From Chiloscyllium plagiosum (Eukaryota): 64,000 nucleotides of DNA. The translations under genes and the position numbers were made by a program. This document shows positions 11,461-23,787 of the stretch, one piece after another (position 1 is the first letter of the stretch; each line of letters starts with the position of its first letter). The notes under the pieces are model-generated. The model was not told the origin of the DNA, did not search any database, and saw only the letters and a program-made list of their open reading frames with translations. The DNA lies in NCBI RefSeq assembly GCF_004010195.1, contig NC_057720.1, positions 4,699,426 to 4,763,425 of the forward strand. The letters run 5' to 3'.

Positions 11461-14184
11461 ACTGCTTCTGCTATGAATCCTGATAGCGGAGATCCCATGG
11501 GTGTGCCGTTGGTTTGTTTGTAGATTATGTTGTTGAAGGTGAAGTGGGTGGTGAGGCACAGGTCCACTAGCTTCATGATGTTTTCGTTGGTAATGTGATT
11601 GATGGTGGTTGGGGTGTGTATGATGGTCTCTTCTAAATGTGTGGTGAGTGTTTCCTTTGCCAGGTCAATGTTGATGGAGTTGAACAGTGCTGTTACGTCG
11701 AATGAGATCATTGCTTCGTCTTCCTCTATTTTGGTGTTTTTGATGATTTTTAGGAATTCCTGGGTGGAGGGGATGGAGTGCTGTGACTCTTCTACTAGGT
11801 ATTTCAGTCCTGCGTGTAGTTCTTTGGCCAGTCTGTAAGTTGGTGTTCCAGGTAGTAATTCTGGATTAGTGGTGCTGGAAGAGCACAGCAGTTCAGGCAG
11901 CATCCGAGGAGCAGTAAAATTGACATTTCGGGCAAAAGCCCTTCATCAGGAATAAAGGCAGAGAGCCTGAAGGGTGGAGAGAGAGGAGGAAAACTTCTTC
12001 AAGGCAGGCAGTAGGGTTAAAACCGGGTCTGAGGGGAGCTCCTGGTTTATGGATTTTTGGTATTCCGTAGAATCGTGGGGTGTTGGTCCCGTCGGGTTTC
12101 ATTTTCTGGAATTCCGTCTTGTTTAATTGTCCGGAATTGTGTAATTCTTTTTAGGAGATATGTAATTTTGTTTCCTAGTTGCGGGGTCGGGTCTAGCGCC
12201 ACCTGTTGGTAAGTATTGGTGTCTGCGAGTGGTGCATTGGCTTTCTCGATGTCGTCCCTTCTGTTCAGGATGACTGTGAGCCGACCTTTGTCTGCAGGTA
12301 ATATAACAATGTTTTTGTCTTTTTTGAGGTTTTCTAGGACTTTCTTTTCTTGACGTTTCATTACCTAGCCAGGTAATGAAACGTCTGGATATCAAACCTA
12401 CAGCTCAGTGAGCAAACCTACACCCTAAATCTATACATACCCTCTGTTTCCTATCTTTTAGCCAACTTCTAATGCATGTGGCCAATGACCCATCATCTTA
12501 ATCATTTCTAATTTACTAACCAACCTGCCAGGTGGTACTATATAAAATGCCTTCTGAAAACAACATGACCTTCATCCACTGCCTGTGTCAGCTCATCAAA
12601 GAACTCAATTAAATTTGTCAGACATGTCCTGCACTTGACAAAACCATATTGATTGTCCAATATTACCTTAGTTTTCTCTAAGTGTATGTTTAGCTGATCC
12701 TGCAATATGGCCTCCATCAGCTTCCCCAAGCTTACAGCGCTGTAATTTCCTGGGTTATTTCCTTTGCCCCTTTCACAAACAGCTATGTCACATTTGCAAT
12801 CCTCCAGACTCCTGGACTAATTGTGTGCTCAGGGAGACCTGGAAAATTTCTGCCAACAGCTCCACAGTTTACTTCCTTTTCTCTGTCAGTAACCTGGGAT
12901 GCATCCCATCTGGACCTGATGACTTCTCTACCTGGAATGCTGCCAGCCTTTTTAACACCTCCTCTTTACCTATCATTATACTGTTCAGTTGCTCAACACC
13001 CACATTTTCAACTCAAAATGTGTCCTCTTCCAGTCTGGGATCTTATTCATTAGCTGTTTTTACCCTTTCCATCTTAATATTGAACCTCATTATATTATGA
13101 TCACTATTTCCCAAATGCTCCCCATTCGGAATAGCACAGGAATGAGAAACTTTAGTTCTGAGGAAGTGTGGACTGGTCTCCTTGGAGAGAAGAATAAGGC
13201 TAAGGGGAAATTTGATGGAAGTTTTCAAAATCATGAGCGGGCTCGATAGTGTAGATAAGGAGAAGCTGTTCCCATTGGTACCAACAAAAAGAACGAGTGA
13301 TCATAAAGTGATGTACAAACGAAGCATGAGTGATCTGAGAAAAACACACAGAATGCACTGCCTGGAAAAGGGATGGAGGCAGATTCAATGGAGGCATTCA
13401 AGAGGCCTTTGGATGATTATTTGGATAGAAATGGTATAAAGGGATATAGGGAAAAGGCAGGAGATTGGCACTCAGTAATACAGCCTGTGCAGACACAATG
13501 GGCTGAATGGCCACTTTCCCAGCTGTAACAATTCAGTGACTCTGAAGATGGCTGGAGTTCTCCTGTGTCTTGCAAACATCAACCTCTCGTATAAAAACAA
13601 ATTCCCTCAGAGCCTAACTCCAAGCAAAATACTGCAGACGCTGGAAATCTGAAATAAAAAGAGGATGCTGGAGAAACTCAGCAGGTCTGGACACGTCTGC
13701 GGATAGGAACATACAAGGATTTGGCCTCAACTGACACATTGCATTTGGTTCCAAACTCAATGCTTCCGGAAGGATGTGAACATTTTGGAGAGGGAGCAGG
13801 AAAGGTTCACAGGAACAGTCCCAGGAATGAGGCATCCCCATTCAAGGGAATGGTTGGAGAGGTTGAGGCTTTTCTCATTGGAGGGGGGGGGGAAGGTTGA
13901 GGGAAGATTTGGGAGAGATTGGTGGAATGATTCAGAACAGGAGGAGTGGAAATATCAAAAGTGATTGGGAGAGGAAGCAATAGTGACATGAGGAGAGATG
14001 GGTTAGCGTGTGAAATGCTCTGCCTGAGAATGCAATGGTGGCAGGTTCAATCAAGAACTTTGTCATTCACTGCTAAAAGATTGGAGTACAAGAACATACA
14101 AGTGTTGCTGCAAATGTACGAGGCTTTAGTGAGATTGCATTTAGAGTATTGTGTAGAGTTTTGGTCCCTTTATTTGAGGAAGGA

Positions 14185-14393
14185 TGATGTGGAGGAGCTG
14201 GTGTTGGACTGGGTTGGGCAAAGTTAAAAATCACATAACACCAGGTTATAGTCCAACAGCTTTATTTGGAAGCACTAGCTTTCGGAGCGCTGCTCCTTCA
14301 TCAGGTTCTTTGTGAAGGATCAGCGCTCCGAAAGCTAGTGCTTCCAAGTAAACTGGTTGGACTATAACCTGGTGTTATGTCATTTTTAACTTT
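14185..14393 (-). mobile_element. Family B fold-back pLTR cassette inserted in a CR1
   Basis: Arms ~14220-14300 and ~14312-14393 are inverted. Hammerhead core CTGATGAaggagcagcgctccGAAAgcTA on the minus strand at ~14273-14306. tttgagga at both sides. Confidence 0.82.
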
Positions 14394-14684
14394 GAGGAGG
14401 GTAATTGCTTTGGAAGCAGTTCAGAGAAGGTTCACTCGACTGAATCCCGAGATGAAAGGGAAGTCCTGTGAAAGAGAAATCGAGCAAGTTAGGCCTGTAT
14501 TGCCTGGACTTTAAAAGAGTGAGAGGTGATCCAACAGAGGTAGGTCGGAGCTAAAGGGAATTGACAAAATGGCTGTAAAGTGAGTGTTTCCTCTTGAAAG
14601 GCAATCTAGCACAAGAGGTCATGGTTTTATGAGAAGGGGTAGGAGATTTTTAAACTGGGATGAATGGAAATTACGGCTTTTTTT

Positions 14685-14962
14685 TTAGATTCCCTACAGT
14701 GTGGAAACAGGCCCTTCAGCCCAACAAGTCCACACCGACCCTCCAAAGAGCAACCCACCCAGACCCATTCCCCTAACACTACGGGCAATTCAGCATGGCC
14801 AATTCACTTAATCTGCACATCTTTGGACTGTGGGAGGAAAACAGAGGAAACCCACGCAGAGAACGTGCAAACTCCACACAGACAGCTGCCTGAGGCAGGA
14901 ATTGAACCTGGGTCACTGGTGGTGTGAGGCAGCAGTGCTAACCACTGTGCCACCATGCCACC
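14685..14962 (-). mobile_element. HE1-like V-SINE
   Basis: Reverse-complement copy of the same SINE. Confidence 0.85.
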
Positions 14963-15384
14963 ACTTCTCACAAAGATTTCTGAATCTGTGGAACTCACTC
15001 AGCCAGATTGAGGTGGATGCTGGGACACTGAATAAAATTAAGGAGGAGACAGATTTTTAATTAGTAACGGAATGAAGGGTTACAGGGCGTGGGCAGGAAA
15101 ATGGAGTTGAGTCCGAGGTGAGATCAGCCATGATCGTATCAAATGGCTGAGCAGGCCCGAGGGGATGAAAGGCCTCCTCCTGCTCCTAGTTCTCACCTTC
15201 TTATAAATTGGATACTTAAAAAATGGAAGAATGTGCAGGGCACGGGGAGAAAGCAGGTAATTAGATAAACTGCATTATCGGAGAGCTGATACCGATAGGA
15301 CAGGCCAAACAGCCTCCTTCTGTGCTGTAAACATCCTGTGATGTGCCAAGTAGCCAACAGCTATCCATTAACTCCATCTACACT

Positions 15385-15722
15385 TCTCACTGCCTTGGTA
15401 AGGCAGCCAACATCATAAAGACCCCTGCCACCACGGTTATAATCTCTTCCAACCTCTTCCGTCAGGCAGAAGATACAAACTTTTAAACACACAAGTCAAC
15501 AGATTCAAGAACAGCTTCTTCCTCGCTGTAATTAGACTTCTGAAAGGACCTCTCAAATTTCAAATCTAATGTTAATATTGCTCTCTTCTCTGCAACCGTA
15601 ACACTGTATTCCTCACTCTGTTCACTACCCTAATGCACTTTGTATGGTATGATCTGCCTGTACTGCACACAAAACTTTTCACTGGATACCTGTTGCAATA
15701 ATAAACCAAATTAAATCAAAAA
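15385..15722 (+). mobile_element. Rex/Babar-type LINE 3' end (also ~2515-3005 and 37545-37800)
   Basis: Translates to LFQPLPSGRRYKLLNTQVNRFKNSFFLAVIRLL, followed by a 3' UTR and aatc repeats. Confidence 0.7.
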
Positions 15723-15761
15723 TCAGCTCCTGAGACTTCTACAAAGCCTGGAGTCATGAAC

Positions 15762-16329
15762 CTTTCTCTCGCTGCGGCATCTGATGTTCCTGCTGTTGAC
15801 TCTTGTATATTTTCCGATTGCTGTCTCTGGTGTTTTGAAGGAAGTGTATCTCCTGCTCCCAGGTACTGTTTATATCCAGACTCCTTGTGTTGTGGGTATC
15901 TTGAAGAAAACCATTGGTTTCAGGTTCCCTTGAATCAGTGATCTCTCCTGGCTTTATGCTTGCCGATTTCCGATGGAGTGGATTGTAGATGCTCATTCCC
16001 TCAGGGCTCTGGGTGCGCTGATCTTTGTGTGGAAAATCATTCACTTTATGTTCCCTCAGTGTTGCATCAGTGACCCTGTTTGTGCTCTGTGCTCCTTGAT
16101 GGCTTACGTAGGTGTTGTCTCCATTTGGACTCTTCGAAACATGAGTTTGGTAGGTGCAGATGGAACATTTTGATTCTGCTGTAGCTTTATTCTCAAACAG
16201 AGCTGCGTGTGTTCCTTGTGAACATTGCGTTAGAACATCCTCCGAAAGTTGCTGGTTGTCGACTGGAATCAGATCACGTAGCTGCCTCCTGCCAACTCCA
16301 GGTAGCAAGTAGAGTTCTGGCTGTGGAGC
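15762..16329 (-). CDS. SPATA1: SPATA1 coding exon 5 (APQPELYLLPGVG... long polar low-complexity linker)
   Basis: Acceptor ttcttag after a 105-nt intron; the QPELYLLP motif is conserved. The frame is open to 15754. Donor AAG|gttcat gives phase 1, matching the next exon. The 3' boundary is less certain (alternative donor at 16107). Confidence 0.8.
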
Positions 16330-16434
16330 CTAAGAAATGATAGAGGATTCCAATTAGAGCCAGGAACCTTTCAAATAAATGACATCAATAAATTGTAATG
16401 ACTTCTCCAATTAGAATGTAATCGATCTACCTAC

Positions 16435-16488
16435 ATAAGGAGGTGCAAATGACTTCACTTTGAGTTCTGATTCTTGCTTTGCTGAAAC
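16435..16488 (-). CDS. SPATA1: SPATA1 coding exon 4 (VSAKQESELKVKSFAPPY)
   Basis: Acceptor ttttcag, donor TAT|gtaggt; 54 nt, phase 0 to 0. Matches SPATA1 VKEKQESELKLKSFAPPY. Confidence 0.93.
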
Positions 16489-16803
16489 CTGAAAATGAGG
16501 TTCAGAATTTATTACAAAAATCAGGTAATGCATTAATTTATAACATTTTATTCAATGTGTAAATATGAATCAGTGATATGTTCTGTAAGGGGCTGGGAAG
16601 GGGTGAAATAAGCAAACAGCAATAACCTTACACATAATGCAATTTTTATAACTGTACAGAGCGTGGTTACTGCTGGAGGGGGCGATGTTATCCCAAAATA
16701 TTTCAATGTGCACTCATCAGGATAAATGCAAGAATACCAAGTTTCAAATTGTCACAACAAATTATACCACAGGAGAACAAGGGGCTGATTGGTACGTTTT
16801 CAG

Positions 16804-17341
16804 AGTCTAGATTAGAGTGGTGCTGGAAAGGCACAGCAGGTCAGGCAGCATCCAAGGAGCAGGAAAGTTAACGTTTCAGGCAAAAGCTCCTTCCTCACGC
16901 CCATCCAAGGCCCCAAAGGAGCCTTCCACATCCATCAAAGTTTCACCTACACATCCACCAATGTCATTTATTGTATCCGTTGCTCCCGATGCAGTCTCCT
17001 CTACATTGGGGAGAGTGGACACCTTCTCGGAGACCGCTTCAGGGAACATCTCCAGGACACCCGCACCAATCAACCCCACTGCCCCATGGCCCAACATTTC
17101 AACTCCCCCTCCCACTCTGCCGAGGACATGCAGATCCTGGGCCTCCTCCACCGCCTCTCTCTCACCACCCGATGCCTGGAGGAAGGACACCTCATCTTCC
17201 GCCTTGGAATACTTCAACCCCAGGGCATCAATGTGGACTTCACCAGTTTCCTCACTCGGATGCTGTCTGACTTGCTGTGCTTTTCCAGCACCACTCTAAT
17301 CTAGACTCTGGTTTCCAGCACCTGCAGAGCTCACTTTTGCC
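16804..17341 (+). mobile_element. Family A Penelope derivative: GIY-YIG fragment between inverted pLTR arms
   Basis: Encodes FTYTSTNVIYCIRCSRCSLLYIGESGHLLGDRFREHL...LQPQGINVDF. Arms at ~16803-16855 and ~17258-17310 are inverted. 14-bp TSD tggtacgttttcag at 16790-16803 and 17342-17355. Confidence 0.88.
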
Positions 17342-18079
17342 TGGTACGTTTTCAGGACAGGAGTGAGCTGATTGGCAAAGTAAGACAACGAGCTGTGGGT
17401 GTTGGAGATCTGAAACTGAGACAAAAACCCACCACCTCACTCTTCTCCAGAAAAATCAGCAATCAGCTCAAAAATAAGAATTGCTGGCGGAACTCAACAG
17501 GCTTGGCAGCAGCTGAAGTTCTGAAGGGTCACTGGACATTCACTCTGCTTTTTTCCCACAGTCGTTGCCAGATCTGCTGAGTTTTGACAGCAATTTCTGT
17601 TTTTGAGCTGATTGGTGCCATTTTTGTTTGGAGAAAACGGTACTGATTGGCTCCTTTTCTGGAGAAGAGGGTGCTGATTGGTGCATTCCCTCTTGCAGTA
17701 TAAATTGCAGTTATCATTTGAAATTTGGCATTCTTGTGTATGTCCTGATGTGTACAGAATAAACAATGTCAGCAATCTGCCTGCCTTTTACATAGAGAAA
17801 CATTAGAAGGCACCTCATTGCAATGATCATCAAGTAAATGTGACAATAAACCCATAGTAGGACAGGTGATGAAATACTTGATCAAAAAAGCAGATTTGAA
17901 AGGAGTAGCGGAGGGAGAGAGAGAGTGGGGGAGAGAAGGGGAGAGATTTAAGGATAGATTTTCAGAGGCAGCGGGGCAGTGATGAAAACCAGGTTTGTGT
18001 AAGAGCACATGACTGGAGGAGAGAGTTCAGGGAGTTAAGACCAAAGAAATAAGAGCAGGAATAAGCCATTCAGTGATCA

Positions 18080-18301
18080 GCTAGGCAGAAGTGAGGACTG
18101 CAGATGCAGGAAATCAGAGTTTAGATTAGAGTGGTGCTGGAAAAGCACAGCAGGTCAGGCAGCATCCAAGGAGCAGGAAAATCAACGTTTCGGCAAAAGT
18201 CTTTCCTGATGAAGGGCTTTTGCCCAAAACGTTGATTTTCCTGCTCCTCTGATGCTGTCTGACCTGCTGTGCTTTTCCAGAACCACTCTAATCTTGACCC
18301 A
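18080..18301 (-). mobile_element. Family A fold-back pLTR cassette
   Basis: Inverted arms; 13-bp TSD cattcagtgatca at 18067-18079 and 18302-18314. Confidence 0.85.
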
Positions 18302-20759
18302 CATTCAGTGATCAAACCTGCTCCGCCATTCAATAGGATCACGGCTGATCCAACGTTCCTCACATCCAACTTCCTGCCCTTTCCCTGTAACCCTTGATTC
18401 CTGACTGATCAAGAATCTCTCTCAGCCTTAAATATACACAAGGACTCTACCCCCACAGCTCTCAGTGACAAGGAGTTCCGAAGACTCTCAACCCTCTGAG
18501 GGAAGAAATTCCTCCTTGTATTCTCCTCCTTCTCTCCTTCCTCCTCCTCAATTCCTCCTGATGGTGTTGGAGGAAGTTACAGAGATGGAAGACGCAAGAA
18601 CCTAAGGGCCAACAGGTCTTTTAAGACAAGCTCAAGTTTATTCAAAGGATGCAAGGCATGCGGCTGATCAATTGGAATGGTCCAATTTAAAGGTAGGAAT
18701 GGGAAGGAAAGGAGGCTGAACATCAGAAAGCATGTTGGGAGAAGCATATTGCAGAGTCTGGGGTGAGTCTGCCACCAATACTTGAGAGAATAAAATCAGG
18801 GTCGCTCAAGAGCTGGAGGAACATAAAGATCTCAATTAGCTCTAAAGATCCTCAGTGTCTCAAAATGGATGTTGTTTTAATTTACTCCTGGGAGGTGGGC
18901 ATCACCAGCTGGATCAGCAGTCATTGTCCATCCCTAGTTGCCCAGGGAAGGTGGTGGAGAGCTGCCTTGTGTTCTGTGTGTTTATCTCATTTAGACTCAG
19001 ACTTGAATTTCCAATTTTGGATCAACTCACAGCTTTCTCAGGTTTGTTTAATTCCAATGATGGGTTTAGCATCCCAGGCCAGGTAATGGAGTTGTGGTAA
19101 TGTCACAGGTTTAGTAATCCAGTGTCCCTTGTTAATCTGGGGACATGAGTTCTAGTACAATTCAGAAAATAATTCTGGGATGATAGCTACCTCTGATGTA
19201 AAAACCCATCGAGTTCAATAATATCCTTTAGGGAAGAAAATCTGCCATCCTTACCTAGTCTGCTCTACATGTGACTCCAGACCCACAGCAATGTGTCATA
19301 GAATTATAGACTCCTACAGCACAGAGACAGGCCCTTTAGCCCAAACTGGTCCATTCTGACCAAAATGTCCATCCACACTAACCCCATTTCCCTGCACTTG
19401 GCCCATATCCTTCTGAACTTTTCCAATCCATGTATTTGTCCAAATGCCTTTTTAATGTTGTGTACCCGCCTCAACCACTTCCACTGGCAGCTCATTCCAT
19501 ATGCGTACCACCCTCTGTGTAAAAAGGTTTTCCCTCAGGTTCCCTTTTATTCTTTCCCCTCTAACCTTAAAGTGATTCCCTCTAGTCCTTGATTCCCCAA
19601 CCCTGGGAAAAAGACTGAGAGCATTTGCCCTGTAATTGACTCTTGACTACCCTCTGGGTAATTCAGGATAGCCAATAATTGCTGGCCTAGCTAGTGACAC
19701 CCATATCCATTAAAAATTAATGAGAAATATGTCTGATCAATCAATACATCAAGGTGTGGACATGAACTCCACTCGGTGAACTGTAGTTACCTCACCTTGC
19801 AACCTTTCATAAAATAAACTGCTGATAACATTTTATGACATGAAAAACAGTGTGAATAAGGACGTTCAAAATGAGTTCAAAATGTTTCACATTGCAATAA
19901 ACCAATCGTGAAGGAATCATTAGTTTGGAATCTCTCAGAGGGCTGAGAGTCTTTGGAACCCTTTACCACAGAGAGCTGTGGGGACAGAGTCCTTATGTAT
20001 ATTTAAAGCTGAGATCAATAGATTCTTGATCAGTTGGGGAGTCAAGGGGAAAAGGCAGGAAAATGAATGTGAGGAATGTTGAATCAACAATGATCCTATT
20101 GCAAGGCAGAGCAGTTCCGAGGGGCTGAATGGCCTTCTTCTACTTTTTATGGTCATATGCTGCAGGTAGACCCAAGTTGACTGCAGTAGTTCAAGGTGTT
20201 TGACTTCCTTTGTCTTAGAAATTACTTTAACCAACAGGGAGATTTTCCCAGTCGCTGGTAAGTTCCACTTTGCACGGGATTTTTGATGTCACAATAATTA
20301 GTTTTGGCTTGTGGACTTGGGCAGTGCTGCAGGATTTAAGAGCTGCAGCAGTTAAGAGGGACAGGACAGAGGGGTAGAGACACCCCTGTATAATTTTGCC
20401 CACAAGAGTTGTTTTTAGGTCTGCGTAAAGGGTAGTTTTGCCAGTGACGTGTAACGCCTCCTAAACACAGTTTACGGGTGCAATGGTTTCACTGCAAGGG
20501 ATACAGGCTGCAATAGGGAGCACAGCAGCACGATAACAGCAGGGCCCTCCAGCACAGAAAATGTAAGAACTACCACCCTCACATCAAGCAACTGAATGCT
20601 GTGAGACACTGAATGATGGTAGCAAATTAACCAAGCGAAAACACACTTCATCCACTAACTCTAATTCAACTCAAAACCTTATCTCCAGTTCTCTCTCCAC
20701 AGATGCTGCCAGACCTGCTGAGTTTAGAAACCACAGAAATGATACTGCACAGAACTACA

Positions 20760-21500
20760 CAGTAAATGGAAAGCTTCTACCGGAAATTGATATACAGAGA
20801 GATCTGGGTGTTCAGGTCCACTGTTCCCTGAAGGTGGCAACGCTGGTCAGTAGAGTGGTCAAGAAGGCATACGGCATGCTTTCCTTCATTGGACGGAGTA
20901 TTGAGTATAAGAGTTGGCAGGTCATGTTACAGTTGCATAAGACTTTGGTTTGGCCAGAGTTGGAATACTGCATATAATTCTGCTCACCACATGACCAAAA
21001 GGATGTGAACGCTTTGGAGAGCGTGCAGCAGAGGTTTGACAGCATGTTGCCTGGTATGGAGGGTGCTAGCTATGAAGAGAAATTGAGTAGAATTAGGATT
21101 ATTTTCATTGGAAAGAAGGAGGTTGAGGGGGGGACCTGATTCAGGGCTACAAAATCATGAGAGGTATAGACAGGGTGGATAGCAACAAACTTTTTCCCAC
21201 AGTGAGGGACTCAATTACTAGGGGTCATGAGTACAAAGTGAGAGGGGAAATGTTTCCGGGTGATATGCGTGGAAAATTATTTACTTTACAGAGGGTGGTG
21301 GGTGCCTGGAACGCATTGCCAGTGGAGGTGATAGAGGCGGGCACGATAGCATCATTATGCAGACAGATACATGAATGGGCAGGGAGCAAAGGGATACACA
21401 TCCTTAGAAAATAGGCAGCAGGTTTAGATAGAGGATGTGGATCGGTGCAGGCTTGGAGGGCCGAAGAGCCTGTTTTTGTGCTGTAATTTCTTTGTTCGTT
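20760..21500 (+). mobile_element. CR1 LINE 3' fragment
   Basis: RDLGV...WPELEYC, QRVVGAWNALP and 3' tail. Confidence 0.85.
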
Positions 21501-22649
21501 GTTCGCTTTGTTCAGAATGGGGTCATTCAGCCCATCTTGTCCATGCTGAACCAAATACATCCCGATGCCCTTTTAATCCCATCTTCCAGCATCCAACCCA
21601 TAGCTCTGCAGTGTACAGCACTTAAGACACAGATTCAGATACTTTTTAAAAGGGTTTAGGACCTCTGCTTCCACTATCAACTCAGGCAACCAATTCCAGT
21701 CACCCACCACCCTCTGTACAAAAAGTGTTTCTCCTCACGTCCCCTCGAATCCTTATGCCACTTAGCTTGAATCTATGACCTCTGGAGTTTGAACTGTCTG
21801 CCCAGAGATTCCTCCTGTCTACTTTGTGTCTATCCCTCACAGTTTTGTACACCTCAATCATGTCACCCCTCAGCCTTCTCTGATCCAAGGAAAGCAATCC
21901 CAACCTCTCCAGCATTCTCTGTGTTCACTGTTGTTTCTGACTGGGTGACAATAAATACAATCAACATTGACTAGTTTGGCATCATGAGGGTTATCCAGAG
22001 CCTGGAAAGTCACAGCTGTCTCCACTCCCATCTCCAACAAGATGAACTGTCCCTCAAAGCAGAGAGGGTCTGACATCATCAGTTGGGCGGAGCTAACAGA
22101 ACATAGAAAAATACAGCACAGGAACAGGCCCTTCGGCCCACAATATTGTGCTGAACATGACGCCAAATTAAACTAATTCCTTCTGCCTGCCCTTGGTCCA
22201 TATCCCTCCATTCCTTGAATATTCATATCCTTATCTAAGAGACCATTAAACACCCCTATCATTCCTGTCTCCACTACCATCCTGGCAGCACATTCCGGAC
22301 TCCTGTCACTCTCTGTGTAAAAATCCTGCCCTTCACATCTCCTTTGAACTTTCCCCCTCTCACTTTAAATGCATGCCCCTAGTTTTAGACATTCTAACTC
22401 CGGGAAAAAGATTCTGACTGTCAACTCTATCTATGCAGCCTATTATTTTATGGACTTTTATCTCATCACCCCTCAGCCTCCGCCACTCCAGAGAAAACAA
22501 CCCGAGTTTTTCTAGCCTCTCCTTACAGCTCCTATCTTCTAATCCAGGCAGCATCCTGGTAAACCTCTCTGCACCTCTCCAAAGCCTCCACATCCTTCCT
22601 GTAATGTGGCGACCAGAATTGAACACAATACTCTCAGTGGGGCCTACAG

Positions 22650-22920
22650 TGTTCTGGGGCGCTGGGTTCAAATCCTACCATGGCAGATGGTGGAATTTGA
22701 CTTCAATAAAAATCTGGAATTAAGCACATAGTGATGACCACAAATCCATAGTCGATTGTCAGGAAAACCCATCTGGTTCACTAATGTCCTTTAGAGAAGG
22801 AAACTGCCATCCTTACCTGTCTACATGTGACTCCAGACCCATAGCAATGTGGTTGATTCTTAACATTTAGGGATGGGCAATAAATGCTGACCTGGCCAGC
22901 GATGATCGCGGAAAAAAAAA
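22650..22920 (+). repeat. Unclassified abundant SINE-like repeat (also ~19080-19720, 31630-31810, 32600-33055, 33480-33650, 55530-55830)
   Basis: Recurrent gggttcaaatcc..atggcagatggtggaatttg...tgtgactccagacccacagcaatgtggttgactcttaactgccc...gggcaataaatgctg with an A-rich end. Confidence 0.7.
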
Positions 22921-23564
22921 GTCTAATTAAGATGCAACATGACATCCTGACCCTTGCACTCAAATCCCCGACACATAAAGGCATGCATGCCATACGCCTT
23001 CTTTACCACCCTATCTACATTCTGTGGCCACTTTCAGGGAGAAATGGGTCACTCTGACTTTTAGAACATTATTTTATGCAACAATGGTGACCATCAAGCC
23101 AACGTTGAAAACCCATCTGGATCACCCATGTCCTTCAGGAATTCGACATGCTCTCCTGATTTTTCCAGGGCCTCTGCCGAGGAATGGGATGCCCCAGGCC
23201 CAAACTCCATTCACAGGAATGGCAGTATTTGTAATTCCAAGACCTATGGAAGATGAGGTTCTTCAGGGGGAATTCCCATGGGAGGTCACAATAAGATTTG
23301 GAGTGGTCTCCTGCGCAAAGTGACACTGGAGTTTACTGGATGATCAAACCTCATGCACAAGTTGCAGAGAACTGGTCTGCAGGTAATAAAGAAGGCAATG
23401 GAATATTAGCATTTACTGCTAAAGGAATAGAATATAAAAGTAGGGGAGGGCTGCTGGAGGTCTACCGGGCATTAGTGAAGCATTAGTGGTACTCTATGCT
23501 ACTTTCTCCCCACCCCCACCCTCCTCTCATTTATCTCTCCACCCTTCAGGCACTCTGCCTGTAT

Positions 23565-23596
23565 TCCTGATGAAGGGCTTTTGCCCGAAACGTCGA
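23565..23596 (+). ncRNA. Minimal hammerhead ribozyme motif, family A (representative; about 20 copies in the window)
   Basis: uc-CUGAUGA-a-gggc(uuuu)gccc-GAAA-cg-UC-ga. Near-identical cores at ~2798, 25695, 32650, 34447 and 50437 (+) and ~11925-11950, 32215-32243 and 50398-50427 (-). Confidence 0.78.
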
Positions 23597-23787
23597 TTTT
23601 CCTACTCCTCGGATGCTGCCTGATCTGCTGTGTTTTTCCAGCACCACTCTAATCCAGAATCTGGTTTCCAGCATCTGCAGTCATTGTTTTTACCTATCCA
23701 TTAGTGAGACTGCACCTGTGAACAATTGTGGTCTCCTTACTTCAGAAGGGAGGTAATTCTGTTGGGAGGCAGCTCAGAGGAGGTTCA

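Larger units (their letters stand above)
10060..12430 (-). mobile_element. Penelope-like element, Poseidon-type (family D), 5'-truncated, with inverted pLTR ends; interrupted by a gap and a family A insert
   Basis: RT motifs ILPADKG, MISFDVTALFNSI, YKQTNGTPMGSPLSGFIAE; GIY-YIG NVIYKIPCKLCHKHYVGQTGRKLATRIHEH. Segment ~10098-10167 recurs inverted at ~12361-12430. Flanking direct repeat ctatacatacc at 10049-10059 and 12431-12441. Confidence 0.9.
9015..13125 (-). mobile_element. Older CR1 LINE split by nested family A and Penelope D insertions
   Basis: VRPHLEYIVHF (9260-9520) and NQYGFVKCRTCLTNLIEFFDE (12538-12729). Sequence is continuous across the insertions. Confidence 0.8.

Noticed and set aside
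10558..11559. Long ORFs spanning N runs (also 26028-26668)
   Set aside because: Length is an artefact of assembly gaps; only the Penelope frame has motifs.
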